Origin: Fimbriosthenelais zetlandica
Lineage: Eukaryota
Length of the DNA: 64,000 bases
Assembly: GCA_977030845.1 (NCBI GenBank)
Contig: OZ365112.1
Span: 6,758,001-6,822,000 of the forward strand
Direction: 5' to 3'
In this document: piece by piece, positions 27,301 to 40,084 of the stretch
How positions within the stretch are numbered: the first letter of the stretch is position 1
How the letters are laid out: each line of letters starts with the position of its first letter
The notes under the pieces: model-generated
The model's input: only the letters and a program-made list of their open reading frames with translations
What the model was told of the DNA's origin: nothing
Databases searched by the model: none
Position numbers and translations under genes: made by a program

Positions 27301-27954
27301 TGACATCTAGATATAGCCTGAATCTGTTAGTCTACACTTGACACCATTGAATAATATATCCCAAACCTTAAATGTTGAACTTTTAAAACCAAATTCAGCT
27401 CTGTAATAAAAGTATATAGTTTAGCAGTGGTGTTAAGTCGTGAAACATTATATTTATGACATTGCTGACGCGACATCTGACAAAGTTGTTATGTGGCATA
27501 ACCTTTACATGTTAAACTGTTGGATACATCTGCTCTGCATTCTCTGCCCATTAGCAGCTATGTCTGGCATGTGGTCAAGTGTGATATGGTCTTTTACTAA
27601 CGTGTGTGGAGTAGTGCACCCGGTGCTATATGGGCTGGTGCTTGGACAGGGAAGTTTATGGTAGACATGTGTCAGTAACTGGAGGAGGGGAGGGTGGGGA
27701 ATCTCACTCCAGGGACGCGACCCTGTAACGACCAAATCCCCTGGTCGCACGACTCCCACAATTAATTTGCCTGCTGATATCACTGGGACAGAGAATTGGA
27801 CTTTAAAGTTAATTTTTTTAAAGTAGTAAAGATACTCAAATTCTCTCTTTGGATCAGTGATACGATACCCATATATTGGTCCTGAACGTTGGTGGCTAAA
27901 TCGCGCAGGTGTGATCCATAAACAGAAGTATATAAACCAATCCCCTGGAATCAA

Positions 27955-28200
27955 AGCAACCACTGCCATCCCTGAGCCTCCCCAACCACCGCCTCCCCTC
28001 CTGCCGCCGCCGACCTTGTCGCGGCGGCCGCCCTCCGCTGCCGCCGGCCGTCAGCCCGGCCACCCAGGCCCGTCAACACCTCAATGACTTGTGCTATCAG
28101 TTGGAGCTCGCTTCTAGGCTCGGATTACACATGTCGTGCTCCCGTGAGCCCGTGCTGCCATATATCCCCCACATAGAGCCATGGTTCCCACGCTTCCTCC
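27955..28200. other. GC/CpG-rich island inside SoxE intron 1
   Basis: Core gccgccgccgaccttgtcgcggcggccgccctccgctgccgccggccg is far above the CpG-poor background. Confidence 0.7.
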
Positions 28201-28452
28201 AAAACAGGGAATCGATCCCTCCATTCTAACCCCTTAAATCCCCCAGACTCTCACTCCCTTCTTTCTGCAGCTTTTGAGCCAGGCTAGCCTGATTAGCGAG
28301 ATTAATCAGAGAAAAAGGAAACTTTACAGCAAGTAATATTTTGTAGTGTTTAAAATAGATCAAAAGATTCAGGAATTAATCGAGCTGAGCTGCTCTCCGT
28401 TTTGCTAGGGTTACTTTATCCCTAGCTTGGACCTCCATACTCATTTCATTGT

Positions 28453-28751
28453 ACTTGGTCGTTGCTACAGCGATGGCCCTCCCTCTTAGATTCCGCAGTT
28501 TAAGCTCATTCACAACCATAATCATAGATTAGAAATTAATAAAAACATGATTTTAAGTATTGATAACATATAAAGACCACGATTAGCCACAGTTTTATAC
28601 TTGGTCGATCCTTCAGCGGCTGCCCTCCTTCCTATATTCTACAGTTCTGAGACAGTACTGTTCGTCAGGAGGAGATGATTATGGAACTCTATGCCCTGGA
28701 GGTTCATCCCAAATACGTTTAGAAATATAATCATAGATTTGAAAATAATAA
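28453..28751. repeat. Old local tandem duplication (two diverged copies)
   Basis: ACTTGGTCG..CAGCG..GCCCTCC..ATTC..CAGTT starts at 28453 and again at 28599. ATAATCATAGATT(A/T)GAAA(T/A)TAATAA occurs at 28518 and 28727. Confidence 0.65.
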
Positions 28752-30064
28752 GCATATATACGTATTTATAATGTTATGGTCGGGATTGAAAATAATGATG
28801 AATGAAGAGTGGTCTAAGACCAGCTACTGGGACGCGTTATTTGCCACTCTGGTTAAATCACCGTAACCACACCAGGTGACATCCTAACCCGCGGGCAGTG
28901 TTAGGGCTCTCAATGGCCACCATTGTTTTAAACCTCTACCCCGTAAATTCACGTGTAAACTATAACTGTATCTATCCATAGCCCTAGTCCATTTACTATA
29001 CATACACCTACTAATCCATTCATTTCCCATCCCTTCATTGATTCGTTCTTGAGACAACTGACCGATTTTTCCCACTTTTTGATGGATACATTTGATAAGA
29101 TAAGATATATCTGAATACTTTTTCGGCGAATTCAGTATCTATTTGAGTGCAGTCACGGATGACTTGAAAAAGGTATTGAATTGTGAAGTTGAAAATCATA
29201 GTAAATAAAATAGTAGTGGTTCCTTCTTGGAAAGCTATCTTCAAGTGACAGGTAGCTTATCAAACATAACTTGTCAAAGTGATTGACATGGATTAGCTCC
29301 TATATAGCTGGTGGAAAATAAATACGGGTATCGCACCATTAAAGACCAATTAATGTCCAATGGCATATCAATCAGAGATGCTAATCGATAATGGCCATTT
29401 TGGGAGAATCAAAACTTGAGATATGCATCCATGATAAATACCCAGTGAAGGTGATAAATGGGTGGGGGTTTGGCACTAGAGAAGGTAATTCAGGTACCTG
29501 TACAGTGATAGCATGCATCAAAATGTTATGATAACTGGTTAAAGAGGGGATGGAGAGGGAGGAGGGAGGGGGGGGGGGGGAGCCCGGCGGGTTGTCCAAG
29601 GTAGAATGGCCTTATTACACGGTTCACTTCTAGCGCCCCACCGACCCGCCTCCTTACACACGGGAGATAGCCTGAAATAATTATCACTTCCTACCAGAGA
29701 TAACCAAGTGAAATGACCATACCCTTAGGCTTTATAGATATGGTTGAGAGATAAGCAATATAAATGCGCGCAAAAGGCCCCGGCCATGGGAAAAGCGTGC
29801 CCTTTCAGTAATAAAGGGAAAGTAGATTGATTATTTTTCGAGGCAGACAAGTTTTGAGATGGGTGATTTGACCTATAAGGAAATGCTAGGCACTTTCTGG
29901 GGAAATCTAATTGGGAGTGCTTAAATAAGAATTGTTTTGTGGCTTTCTTGGTAAGTTTTCTAAATGCGGCACACACCATATAAAACACCGTAAGAAATAT
30001 AGAACACATACATGTTAGGGGAATCCCCTGGAATTCTTTTCTCCAAAATATTTTGGGATAGTAA

Positions 30065-30240
30065 TGGGGGGAGCAGGGAGAAAGAGGGATGGGAGAGAGA
30101 GGGAGGGGAGAAATAGAGGTAGCATGGGAGAGAGGTATGAGCGAGTGAGGGGAGAAGAGAGAATGAGTGAGATGAGGAGGGAGGGGGCGGGAGGGAGAGA
30201 CGGAGGGAGACAGAGAGATGGAGGAAGGAGAGAAAAGCCA
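30065..30240 (+). repeat. Polypurine (GA-rich) low-complexity tract
   Basis: Almost entirely G/A on the + strand. It explains the overlapping Pro/Ser/Leu- and Arg/Glu/Gly-rich ORFs in the track. Confidence 0.85.
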
Positions 30241-33200
30241 TATAGGTCCATCCTTCAACACGGCCACAACCTCCAGTTGAAGTGGGCCTGCCTTCTTGTT
30301 GAGTCAATTTCCGCGCTCAACACGTCTGGCATTGGTCTTGTGGTTTGTTGTGGCTGTAAAGTGGCAGCAAAAAGATAATGTTAAAAGATCTCCGAAAAAT
30401 GTTAGCCAGGATTTCTGAAATTTCCCCTCCTGTAATGTTTACGGTTGATAAACGCTTTTTCTGCTAGAAATTGATGTCAAGTTCCTTCTGTAAACAAAGC
30501 CCTGTCATCAACACATCTTATCATGGCCTTCAATTGAAACCTATTATCTAGATTCACTCTTCCAAACTCGGAAGGAAATCTAATTGAATAACCCTCAAAC
30601 GGCACCAATTATCATAAAATCCCATATTTCTTCAAACTGAAAAATTGGATTCTCAAAGGTTACCTCCAGTTTCGGAGGCATTGAGAGTTACACTTGGAAA
30701 CCTCTTTCCACTTAGTAGCTCCACTTAATATCTATAGAAATTGCAGATTCACATTCTATGAGCTTAGGAATAGATTGAAAACCAGAAATATGTTAAGCAG
30801 CACCCGTCTCTATAGCCTAGAGTACCCATCCCCAGTACTACTATGACAGAACCTGAGGGGCTTTGAACTTCAGAGGGAAGAAGTGGTCCCTGAAACAAGG
30901 TATGATAACAATGATGCCTCCCCCATACCCCACCCACCAACCCTTCTCATATCCTCAATGCATCATCTTCTGCCTTTTTTATCAGGGAGTTTATACACAC
31001 CTTTATGGACTGCCTTATAATATAAGATGGTGCACTTGGTAAACCCGGTATCTGATATCGGCCCAGTTTGTGAGCGTTCAGTCAGGCCTACCAGTTAAAG
31101 GCGGCTTAGCCCAATACCTGGCAATATGATGTCATTGTCACCTGGTCATGCAGAGATAGGACCTGAAGACATGACCAACAGGTGAGAGCATACACTCACA
31201 AATAGTCTACCCACATATTTTCACTCACTCCATATTTCGGCATTTTTATTTTTCAAGAATCATATTTATAATGTACTGAGAGGTTATCTATTTTACTCAG
31301 GTTACATTTGTGAGAATATGACTTCCTTGTTATAGTATGTTATGCGGTGAATTATACGAAATATAAATTGCACGAAAATGGATGTCATCGTCACACACCT
31401 GAGTTGTAAGAGCCCATTCCAGAGTCAATTTCCATAGACATTGTCAATGAACCTAGACCCTGTATAGTCTTATTCGGAGCCCTTCTAATGAGTCCTACCC
31501 TCGTTGACATCACCTATCTGTCAAGCAGTTACTGCTCTTGGCCTTCTCCTTGTCCCTGCTAAGTTTTGTCCCCAAATAATGACAAGATCAGAGTCTATTT
31601 GGACGTATTTGTGGTCTTTATCTCCCCGATCTACGTTCTGCCAAATCAAGTCATCTAATTGTAAATGTTCAGTACGTAACAATGGATCCAAGAGGCTTGT
31701 ATCATAACTCATGATGGCCTTTTTGCTAGGTCACCAGGGCCTGCACAATAATCAGCGTCATTCGTTCCAGTAGAGAATCTAGCTCATCTCCCACCCTCAC
31801 TCTTAATCGCTATCTTCCTCTCTGTCATAAATCAAATAGCTAACAGATCAGAAAATAGGCAACGTTGCTCCTTTAGTGTCTCCCGCACCCATCTTACATT
31901 TTTGGTTAATTAGAAAATTGGCCATGTATTTTATTACTCTCGTCTCGTACTCCCTCAATCACGTGACCACAGCTGCATAATAATTTTTGTCAGCAAAGAT
32001 CTTCATCTAGATCACAGTTAGCTTTTTGGAGATTTTTAAGTTAATTTTTTTAAATAAATGACAAATAACAATATCCTGTCAGCTTCTGGGTGAAAAGGAC
32101 AGTTTTACATATAAAAACCAACAGAAGTCAAGACTGTGTGTGGTAGGGAATTCGTCCTTGTCCTAATGCCTAGCCTGCCGTGTGCAGCTTTTGGCATATA
32201 TTAGTAGTTGGGATTTAAGAAGGCGATTTGATATAAACTTGAGGCATAACTACAGGTGCATGCATGGAAAGCATGTCGACTATGGTTCATGGTCACACGT
32301 CAAAGACCTCCCAAAGGATCAAGTCAACCGAGCATTACCCATCATGTCATCTGAGCTTAAGCATATGAAATAATCCCTGCAAATGCCGGCCAGCACTTCT
32401 TATGTGGAGAGAGGGGATCCACGCGTTCAATTTAATGTGCTAACTATAGCGTGACTCTGGGTTTTCATGTACTTACCCTATATATGTACATGCATAAGCT
32501 CCATAAAGAATCTCATCACGGACACCCGCGAGTATTTGCAGTCCTATAAATGCATGTAACATATATGTGTGGGACTTATTGTGGACTTTAATTTAGTATA
32601 ATAATATCTCTCTATGCTCAGCAAGGATGGTTAATATTTGTGGATTGGAAAGATGGAGAATTCTGTCAATATTGTATGAAGGGGTTTTAATCACAAGGCT
32701 GTGTATACATGGCTGTGCATTCTGAAATTTAATCATTGCCTGGACAGTTTCTTTATCGATGGAGTGAGGATTTCATTTTGAGAATTCCTTACATGCTGAG
32801 GTCGGAGCGTGTGTAATTGGCTCTTTGTGTGCTGTGTTTATCGAGGGTGCACCATTTAAATGCCATTGTGAGAGAGTGCTCGAGTGGCACCGCCTCCAAA
32901 GCCCTTACCCTCCACCCAGCTCCCCTCGGGCAATGTCAATTGTGCCTATTTGCAAGGGTCCCTCTCCGACACCCTAGACCCATCCCTTCCTTCGGCCCTT
33001 CTCCCCCCATCATACCCCTTCAGGGCAAGGCCATCTTCCTTCCCCTCTGACCCTATGTATGCCCCCACAACACCCTAGGAGGACGAATTGAAAGCCATCT
33101 GAGCGGGAAATATAATAATCAGGATTCCCCAGTGACCCACGAGCGTCAGTTTCCATCCGCATGGCTCGCCAGTGCGATTATTATGAAGACATTGGTACAT

Positions 33201-33946
33201 CAAGGATAACTTCAAATCATGCATGAGGGCGGTAGGCCCCAATGGAGCTAGGAAGACTAGGCTGCCCAAGGCCCCTTGTACGCTGTCTATTTGTCACACA
33301 CGAATGTCAATGTGACATGGGGGGTGGGGGAGCCTATGCTATACCAAGCATTAAAACAGTATGAATGTTCTGGGGCCACCACTTATGATTTGCCTGTGCA
33401 AACCTCGCAGCAATGTCTTGTCTGGATTCATTTGGACCTGTCCAAGCGAAAGCATGCTATCATTACTTTGGACATGTTGCCTTGAATTTTACATGCAAGC
33501 CCTCCCCCGGGTGGATATTGAATTGCTATTGAATTCCCATCCTTACAGGTATTTTCACATTGTCAACCATAATGCCCAAATGAATACAAGGAGTAGGGGG
33601 CCTGCTTCATCGTGGGAAAATATCTCACTCTCCCCATTTATCAAATATAATGCAGCATGTTCATATAAATGAAATTGTCTCTGTCTGCCAGTTCTTGTCT
33701 TTCCATTACCAGGTTACTAGTATCTTGTAATGGATTGATATTATCTTAGATCTTACATACAGTGAAACCACCCTATATAGAGTTTGATCAAGATATAACT
33801 ATGTTTAATAAAAAGAAGCTACATGGACAGATTCTTAGCTAAAATGTCTTATTCGTGGCTTTCAATATTAATTGTACACTTAAATGTCCCCAATAGTTCC
33901 TCTTTGCACCATAATCTAAAAATATCTCTTATTTCTGTATTTCCAG

Positions 33947-34317
33947 GTTATTGAATGATGATGAGAAGAAACCATTCGTTGATGAAGCTGAACGTCTCCG
34001 CGTCCAACACAAAAAAGACTACCCCGACTACAAGTACCAACCGCGCAGGCGCAAACCCCTGAAAGGCGCCGGAAACGCCTACCCTGACGGCGGCCAGGGA
34101 GCTAACAGCCACCACCACCACCACCCGTCGTTAGGTGGTGCTGGCCACCACAGTGGTGCTCCTGGCACCTTCCGGGGCATGGGAGATGTGTCACCGTCCT
34201 CATCAGTGACCGATGGGGAGTGTAGTGGTCCCCCACGGGGTGGCGCTCCCGGCCCGCCCACACCACCCACCACGCCCAACCATGGTGACGTCCGGACCAC
34301 CGTCCATAGAGGTCCAG
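33947..34317 (+). CDS. SoxE: SoxE coding exon 2 (second half of HMG box, His run, GPPTPPTTP motif)
   Basis: Acceptor ttatttctgtatttccag|G completes the Arg codon. It then reads [36 protein letters not shown] ... GPPTPPTTP and ends at a phase-1 donor G|GTGAGC at 34318. Confidence 0.96.
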
Positions 34318-35202
34318 GTGAGCAAAATTATATGTATTTATAAACATCTCGAAGAAGTCGGAATATATTGAGCTACTGACATGGCATGTAACAAAAATAG
34401 TCACAAGGACATATTAGTTTAGTGGCAAAATCGCTGCAATATTGGAAATGGGAAACCGATAATTGCTCCAAATTTAATGGGTTTCCTCAGACAAACACTG
34501 GTCCTTATCCTACCTTGCCAAGTGCTCATTAAAGGGGCAAACATATAATCATTTATCAAGGTCTAATCTGACAGCAATAATAGTGGGCCTTGAGGTAGAT
34601 GCCCCTTCATGAACCAGGGGACCCACCTTTAACTGGACAGCTAGAAGCAAGTTCAACTATGGTCATACCAAAACACTGTTATTTCCACTAATAGTTTTCC
34701 CTCGCGTAATAACTCAAACCAACATATGACACGGGACCACCGAAATGTCAACCCATTATAGTTCACCGTTATGGGTTAAAATGTGGGTTGGAAATTGTTT
34801 TCTCCATGATTTGATGATTGACCCTGTCATAGGGAGATTGTAGGGAGGTATGATTTTCTAGTGGTCGCCCCATTATTTGGGGTCCTCGGGGGGTCAGGTT
34901 TAGTGCCTGCTAGTTCTGGCCTGTAACTTGGGTGGTCATGGCAAGTGATTTGCCCAGTTGACTCAGCAGCTGGACTTCTCTAACAAGCCAGACATATTTC
35001 CCGGAACCACAAGATTTCCTCTGCTGGTTCCTATCTCTAAACATTGGCAAGGTATCTTGACCTTTGGTACATAGGCTATTAAACGGGAGCGACCTATTAT
35101 CCCTCTTAGTCGTTTGGGGTCCAAAAAACCCTATTGAAAAATAAATTATCTAAAATTGTCACAAAATGCATCAATTTAATCTCCCATCTTCTGTTGTTTC
35201 AG
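34318..35202 (+). other. SoxE intron 2 (885 bp, GT-AG, phase 1)
   Basis: GTGAGC donor and polypyrimidine-CAG acceptor. Joining restores the frame into the K2 domain. Confidence 0.9.
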
Positions 35203-36047
35203 GTCAACAACAACACCCCATCGACTTCAGTGGTGTTGATATTCGGGACTTGAGTACAGACGTTGTGGCAGGAATCGACAACTTCGAGGAAAGCGAGCTA
35301 GACCAATACCTGCCACCAAACAGCCACCCAGGTGTACGTGGACCTGGTGTAGGCCAACAACCACCCCCACCATACGTGCCCAACAACACCGCTAACAACA
35401 ACCCAACATCAACACCTCCCTCCTCCTGGGCTACCCCCTACCGGATGCCCCAGGTGTCCTCAGCCAGCAACCAGTTACAACGCATGGCGTCCAACACCAG
35501 TTCCCACAGTGGTGGCAACACAAGTCCCATATCACCTAATGGCAACACCAGCAACAGCAACACGAATAACAACACCAATAAAGACATGCATCCTGGGATG
35601 CATCAAAACGGAAGCATGCCCAATGACAGTCACTACGCGCATACACAAGCGCATGCGCAGCAACATTCACCTAACGCCAACAGTGCTGACGACACCGGAA
35701 GTGGGTATCCTGGCGACCACCACAGTCCACCAATCAAAATGGAGCAAAGCACAGGACTTCATATACCAGATTTCCGGTCACAGCTCGATCAAAACAGGTT
35801 CTCATACGAGCTTCATCCGCCAAGATTTTACCTTCCTTCACATGAAGCCCAAGACATGGATGTCTACGGAAATCCTGAAAATGCTGCAGCACAATATTAT
35901 GCCCAAAGTAGTGCCATGTACACGCCTGCACCCCCTCCATATCAGTGCATGACAGCAGGACTACGATCCCTGTACCCTACAGGCGCCACAGGCACAGTCC
36001 CTCCTATCAATGCCAATTCACACTGGGACAGATATGGCCAACCCTGA
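35203..36047 (+). CDS. SoxE: SoxE coding exon 3 (K2/TAM domain, IKME SUMO-type motif, C-terminal activation region)
   Basis: Acceptor cccatcttctgttgtttcag|GT matches phase 1. It reads PIDFSGVDIRDLSTDVVAGIDNFEESELDQYLPP (SoxE K2), PPIKMEQ, and ends HWDRYGQP*. The spliced CDS is 458+371+845 = 1674 nt = 557 aa + stop with no frame break. Confidence 0.95.
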
Positions 36048-36282
36048 ACTAGTTATTTTACTGTTTAAAATGAACAAAAGACATTATTGCACATACTATA
36101 TATACTAAATATAACTATGATATATAATATCCTGTATATTTTGCCCCCTTATGTGTAGGATCTTGTAACAAGAAACTTCATATATGTATGTAACATAACA
36201 AAACATTGACACTTTGCAGAGCAATGGTTCTGCCCTTTTTGCATTCTTATGCCCCAAGAACAATTCATATGGGACCAAAATG

Positions 36283-36288
36283 AATAAA
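36283..36288 (+). other. Candidate polyadenylation signal for SoxE
   Basis: First AATAAA I found after the stop codon. The 3' UTR could be longer (another AATAAA at 37420). Confidence 0.3.
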
Positions 36289-39200
36289 CAACATACGCAT
36301 GCAGTGCAAGTGCAAAGTTGGTATAAAATTGGTATAAAAATATAGTTTATGCTGCAGAAAATAAGACACAGGGAATGAACGATACTAATAGTGTGTGTAT
36401 ACATGTGAAACTGTTCCATAGAAAACGACACAGCGTCAGGTGGGTGATGAAATGAAAGTGAGAGAATGTAAGATTGCTGTTTGGAGGCTAGTGATTGTTG
36501 TATCCGGGACATTCTTATTGCAATTGCCATATACGGGCACGTATCATTATATCGGGGCACAGGGAGAGCCATTACAGTTGTCTGTAACTAAAGGTACCCA
36601 CTATTTCCGCAGAACAGCTATTGGCTCCAAAATTTATCCAATTGTCTTTTTGGGACCACAACCTTTGTACAAATTCTTACACGAACACTTCATTCCCTCA
36701 GTGTCTGTAACTTGCCAATGATGGACTATTATCAAGAGAAAATCAACTGCTGATAAACATTGACAGTGAGTTTTACAGTGAGTAACTGAATGGATGTAAT
36801 AAGGGTAAAGTGTTATATGGTGCCCTACTCTTGATCACTTTTATAGTTCCATGCTGCTTCAAATAATAGTTATTCACTCCATTTGCAGTCACTATAATGC
36901 ACAATTAAAAACACTTGAAACATGTAAATGTCAACTTGGTGCCTATTCTTCCAGATAATACATAAAGCAACACTTACAATGACATATATGTAACAAGCAT
37001 CACCCTGTTCAACATGTATGTATGAAATGGAAATATTCTTGTTTAATATCAGTGTTATCCACTGAATATTATTTCTATTAAACTTACATGTAAGACTGTC
37101 TCTTATGGGCTAGTGTATAGGCCTACAGCTAAGGACCATTGTCATGTTCATTTTCTTACATCACATCAAATTGTGATACTTTCCATTGGCTTACATTAAG
37201 GTCCTGATTCTGTCCTAACATTTTTCATTATTTATTGAATGACTATTCACGGAAGATTTCCGCTATCCTCTCATCGTATGTTATCATGATAGACATTGGC
37301 TACCAGATATATGTATATTTATTGTCCTATGTAAGATGTGCAGTAGTAGCCTTGTAGATGTAGGGATCATAACTTCGTACAGCTGTATAATTGTTGCAAA
37401 TATGGCTTCAGAGATGATTAATAAAATTGATTATGTTATATTAAGACCACTCATGCTTTTGTCCTTCACTAATACCTGTCTTGGGGACGTTCAGGATACT
37501 TTGGACAGTGTAGATTGAGCATTTGGTCCATATTAGCCGGGGCTGTTTATGCATTTCTCAACCGTTATGGGAAAGAGGGTTTCACCTCCATGCTTTTTCC
37601 TGTCACCCCAACCACAGCAAACACAAAACACGTTGCGTAACCTAAACATCTTAATAAGTTCTCGGAAGCTGAAGTGACAAAAAGCGGCTTTTCCCTCGGA
37701 TTCCCTTGCAACCAGATAACAACAGAGGCATTCCATTTGCACGTGCATTTAGGCAAACCCCTGATTATTGCAATGCCTTGCCAGAAAGATTTATTTACAA
37801 GAAAATAGGAAAACAACGACGAAAAAAGTTTAGAATAGTGGTACCCACGGTCCTGTCCACATGTTTTCAGAAGAGAAAAGGCAAAGCAGCAAAGGGAACC
37901 TGATCGACTACTGCTTATTTACTCCAGTCTTGTGTAAATTGGCCACCTTGCATTATTATAAAAACATGGTGGCATTGTTTGGAAACACTAGCCCCGTTTG
38001 CTCCTGCAAGGGAGCCAGACCCGCAAAAAGACAACAGCCTGGCAGTATGGGGAACGAAGAGGGCATCATTGGAGCATCACCTTTCAGTGCCGAGACGGCC
38101 ATTCCCATTTTTAGTTGCTCTTCCTTATGCTGTAGAAATAGAGGTACCCCAGCATTCTATATAGGGAGGGGAGCACAGTGGGTGATCCCTGGGAATATAC
38201 ATATATTAAAGGGGGTTGTGTGACCTATTTTTTCCATATGGCAAATATAGAATTCCCAGGCCAGTCTTTGAGAGCGGATATGATATAAAGGGGGGCAATT
38301 CTATATCACCATCCAGTAATATTTCCAAATAAGTTCAATATTGAATTTGCCCAATATTGGAAACATGAGACTCTGATATGTCTCTGATAAGTCAATGACT
38401 CGGGACATATCTTCATATTGGAATCCATTATAAAAGACACATTCCATCAAACCTTCATAATGGGGAGCATGGGTGGGCGGTGGAGGAGGTTTGCCCTTGG
38501 GGCGGACCCTGCAATAATGGACATTCCGCGGGTAATATTACAAAAATAAATTCCCATTACAATAGTCAGACAAATAAGCAAGTGCTTTCAATGGGTCTCC
38601 TAATGGAGCTGAAAGGGGGAATAAGTAAACTTAGACGACGATGGTGACGAATGCTTTCCTTGTGAAACTCATCTTCAAACTTCAAACTTATGACTGTGTA
38701 AATACGTAATTCACCCCCACCAAATTCAGCTTCCACATTTTAGGCTGGCTACTCAACTAAAGTCAGGCTGTTATTAGGTTTTTTATGATGAAAACATTGA
38801 CGTAGATGACATAGGATCTAATTCATATTAAATGGCCTTTGTACGGCGATTCTTATATAAAATATACATGATGAAAATCACTTAAAAAGTGGTATTCATC
38901 GTTTTTCTATATTATTATTCTTCCTCGCATATGCCATTGGAAATACCGATGTAGTCGTGACACATAATAATTGCTTATTCATAAATTCCACCCCCTCAAT
39001 TCTTGGTCGCCAGTTACTGTAGTTGAACAATTTAAGAAATTATGCAAATTACAATTCCATTTCCCTAAAAGTTTTCTTTAAGTGCTTTGCCCACCTGTTG
39101 CCTGGAAAGACAAACATTATGTTAGATGGAGGTAACCAAGGTAACATATTACAGGCTATAATATGACATGTGGCATAGATTCACACAATGTCTCTATTGG

Positions 39201-40084
39201 TTAAAGCCTCAGATCAATTGTAACCCTTAATACAATCAAAATGAGCCCAGCAAGGCGACACCTTCCTAACAACATCTGGACCCTTCAAAGACGCCGAAAT
39301 ATTCCCAGAGCTATAGGGATGATCATGGTCGGATCCGATCCACTCAGGCCTGCCTTAATTTGACCACAGACGGTAACCCTCCACGCATGAAGCAGACTCG
39401 ATGCAGCCATACATGATAGATCATTGATGAACAAACTACAATTCATTTTCTTCACTGATATACAGCCAGACCATCTCAGAAAAAATATTAAATTACCAAA
39501 CCAAGGCATATATAGCTTACTCTCACTCTCATTTACGATTCTCGATACCTGACATGAAAACACATAACATGAAGAAACGTAGCTTCCCTGTCAAATATCC
39601 CTGCATGGGGTGTAGAAAGTCCAGGGTAGCTGAGTGGGGACACTGTTCTCCCTCAGATCCTGCTACGTGTGAATGATTTCAGAGAAAATGCGACAATAGG
39701 TAAGGTGAGTAACAATAGGTAACAAAAGCAAATGGGTGTGACCTGGTATGTGGCTCAAACGTTTAACATTTTTATACCATAACAACAACCAAGAGATGAA
39801 ACTTTTGAAAACTTTCACAGAGCAGTCAAACGTCGAATCAATGTTCCTGAAATTCTCCAATCGGAAACCGGTGATATTCGCTCTTGTGATTCAAGCACAT
39901 AAAACCTATGTAACCTACATAGACTTACCATTATCGTAAACTTACCATTATCTCGATGTTGCAAAGAATCATAAAAATGATTCACCCAAGTTTTATTGTA
40001 CAAAAATCTACCCCTTTCATAAAAAAGTGTATACACCAATACTACTGACATGCAGTGAGCAAAGCAGGGTGACAAGCATTCAGC

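Larger units (their letters stand above)
15376..33946 (+). other. SoxE intron 1 (18,571 bp, GT-AG, phase 2, interrupts the HMG box)
   Basis: Defined by the donor and acceptor that join KLW-R-LLN in frame. Confidence 0.93.

Noticed and set aside
29725-30378. Four overlapping ORFs up to 180 aa
   Set aside because: Produced by the stop-poor polypurine tract; low-complexity translations.
30986-31180. Exon-like unit with a CAG|GTGAGA donor inside intron 1; similar 49-nt unit near 3433-3481
   Set aside because: It would disrupt the HMG box or has no partner exons. Pseudo-exons are common.
35166-35202. ATG-initiated start of the 293-aa ORF
   Set aside because: It lies in the polypyrimidine tract and acceptor of intron 2. 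The ORF is exon 3, not a separate gene.
35509-35952. 147-aa alternate-frame ORF, plus antisense ORFs over the SoxE exons
   Set aside because: Shadow frames of low-complexity coding sequence.
36105-36572. 155-aa antisense ORF in the 3' UTR region
   Set aside because: AT-rich, no recognisable motif and no convincing splice context.
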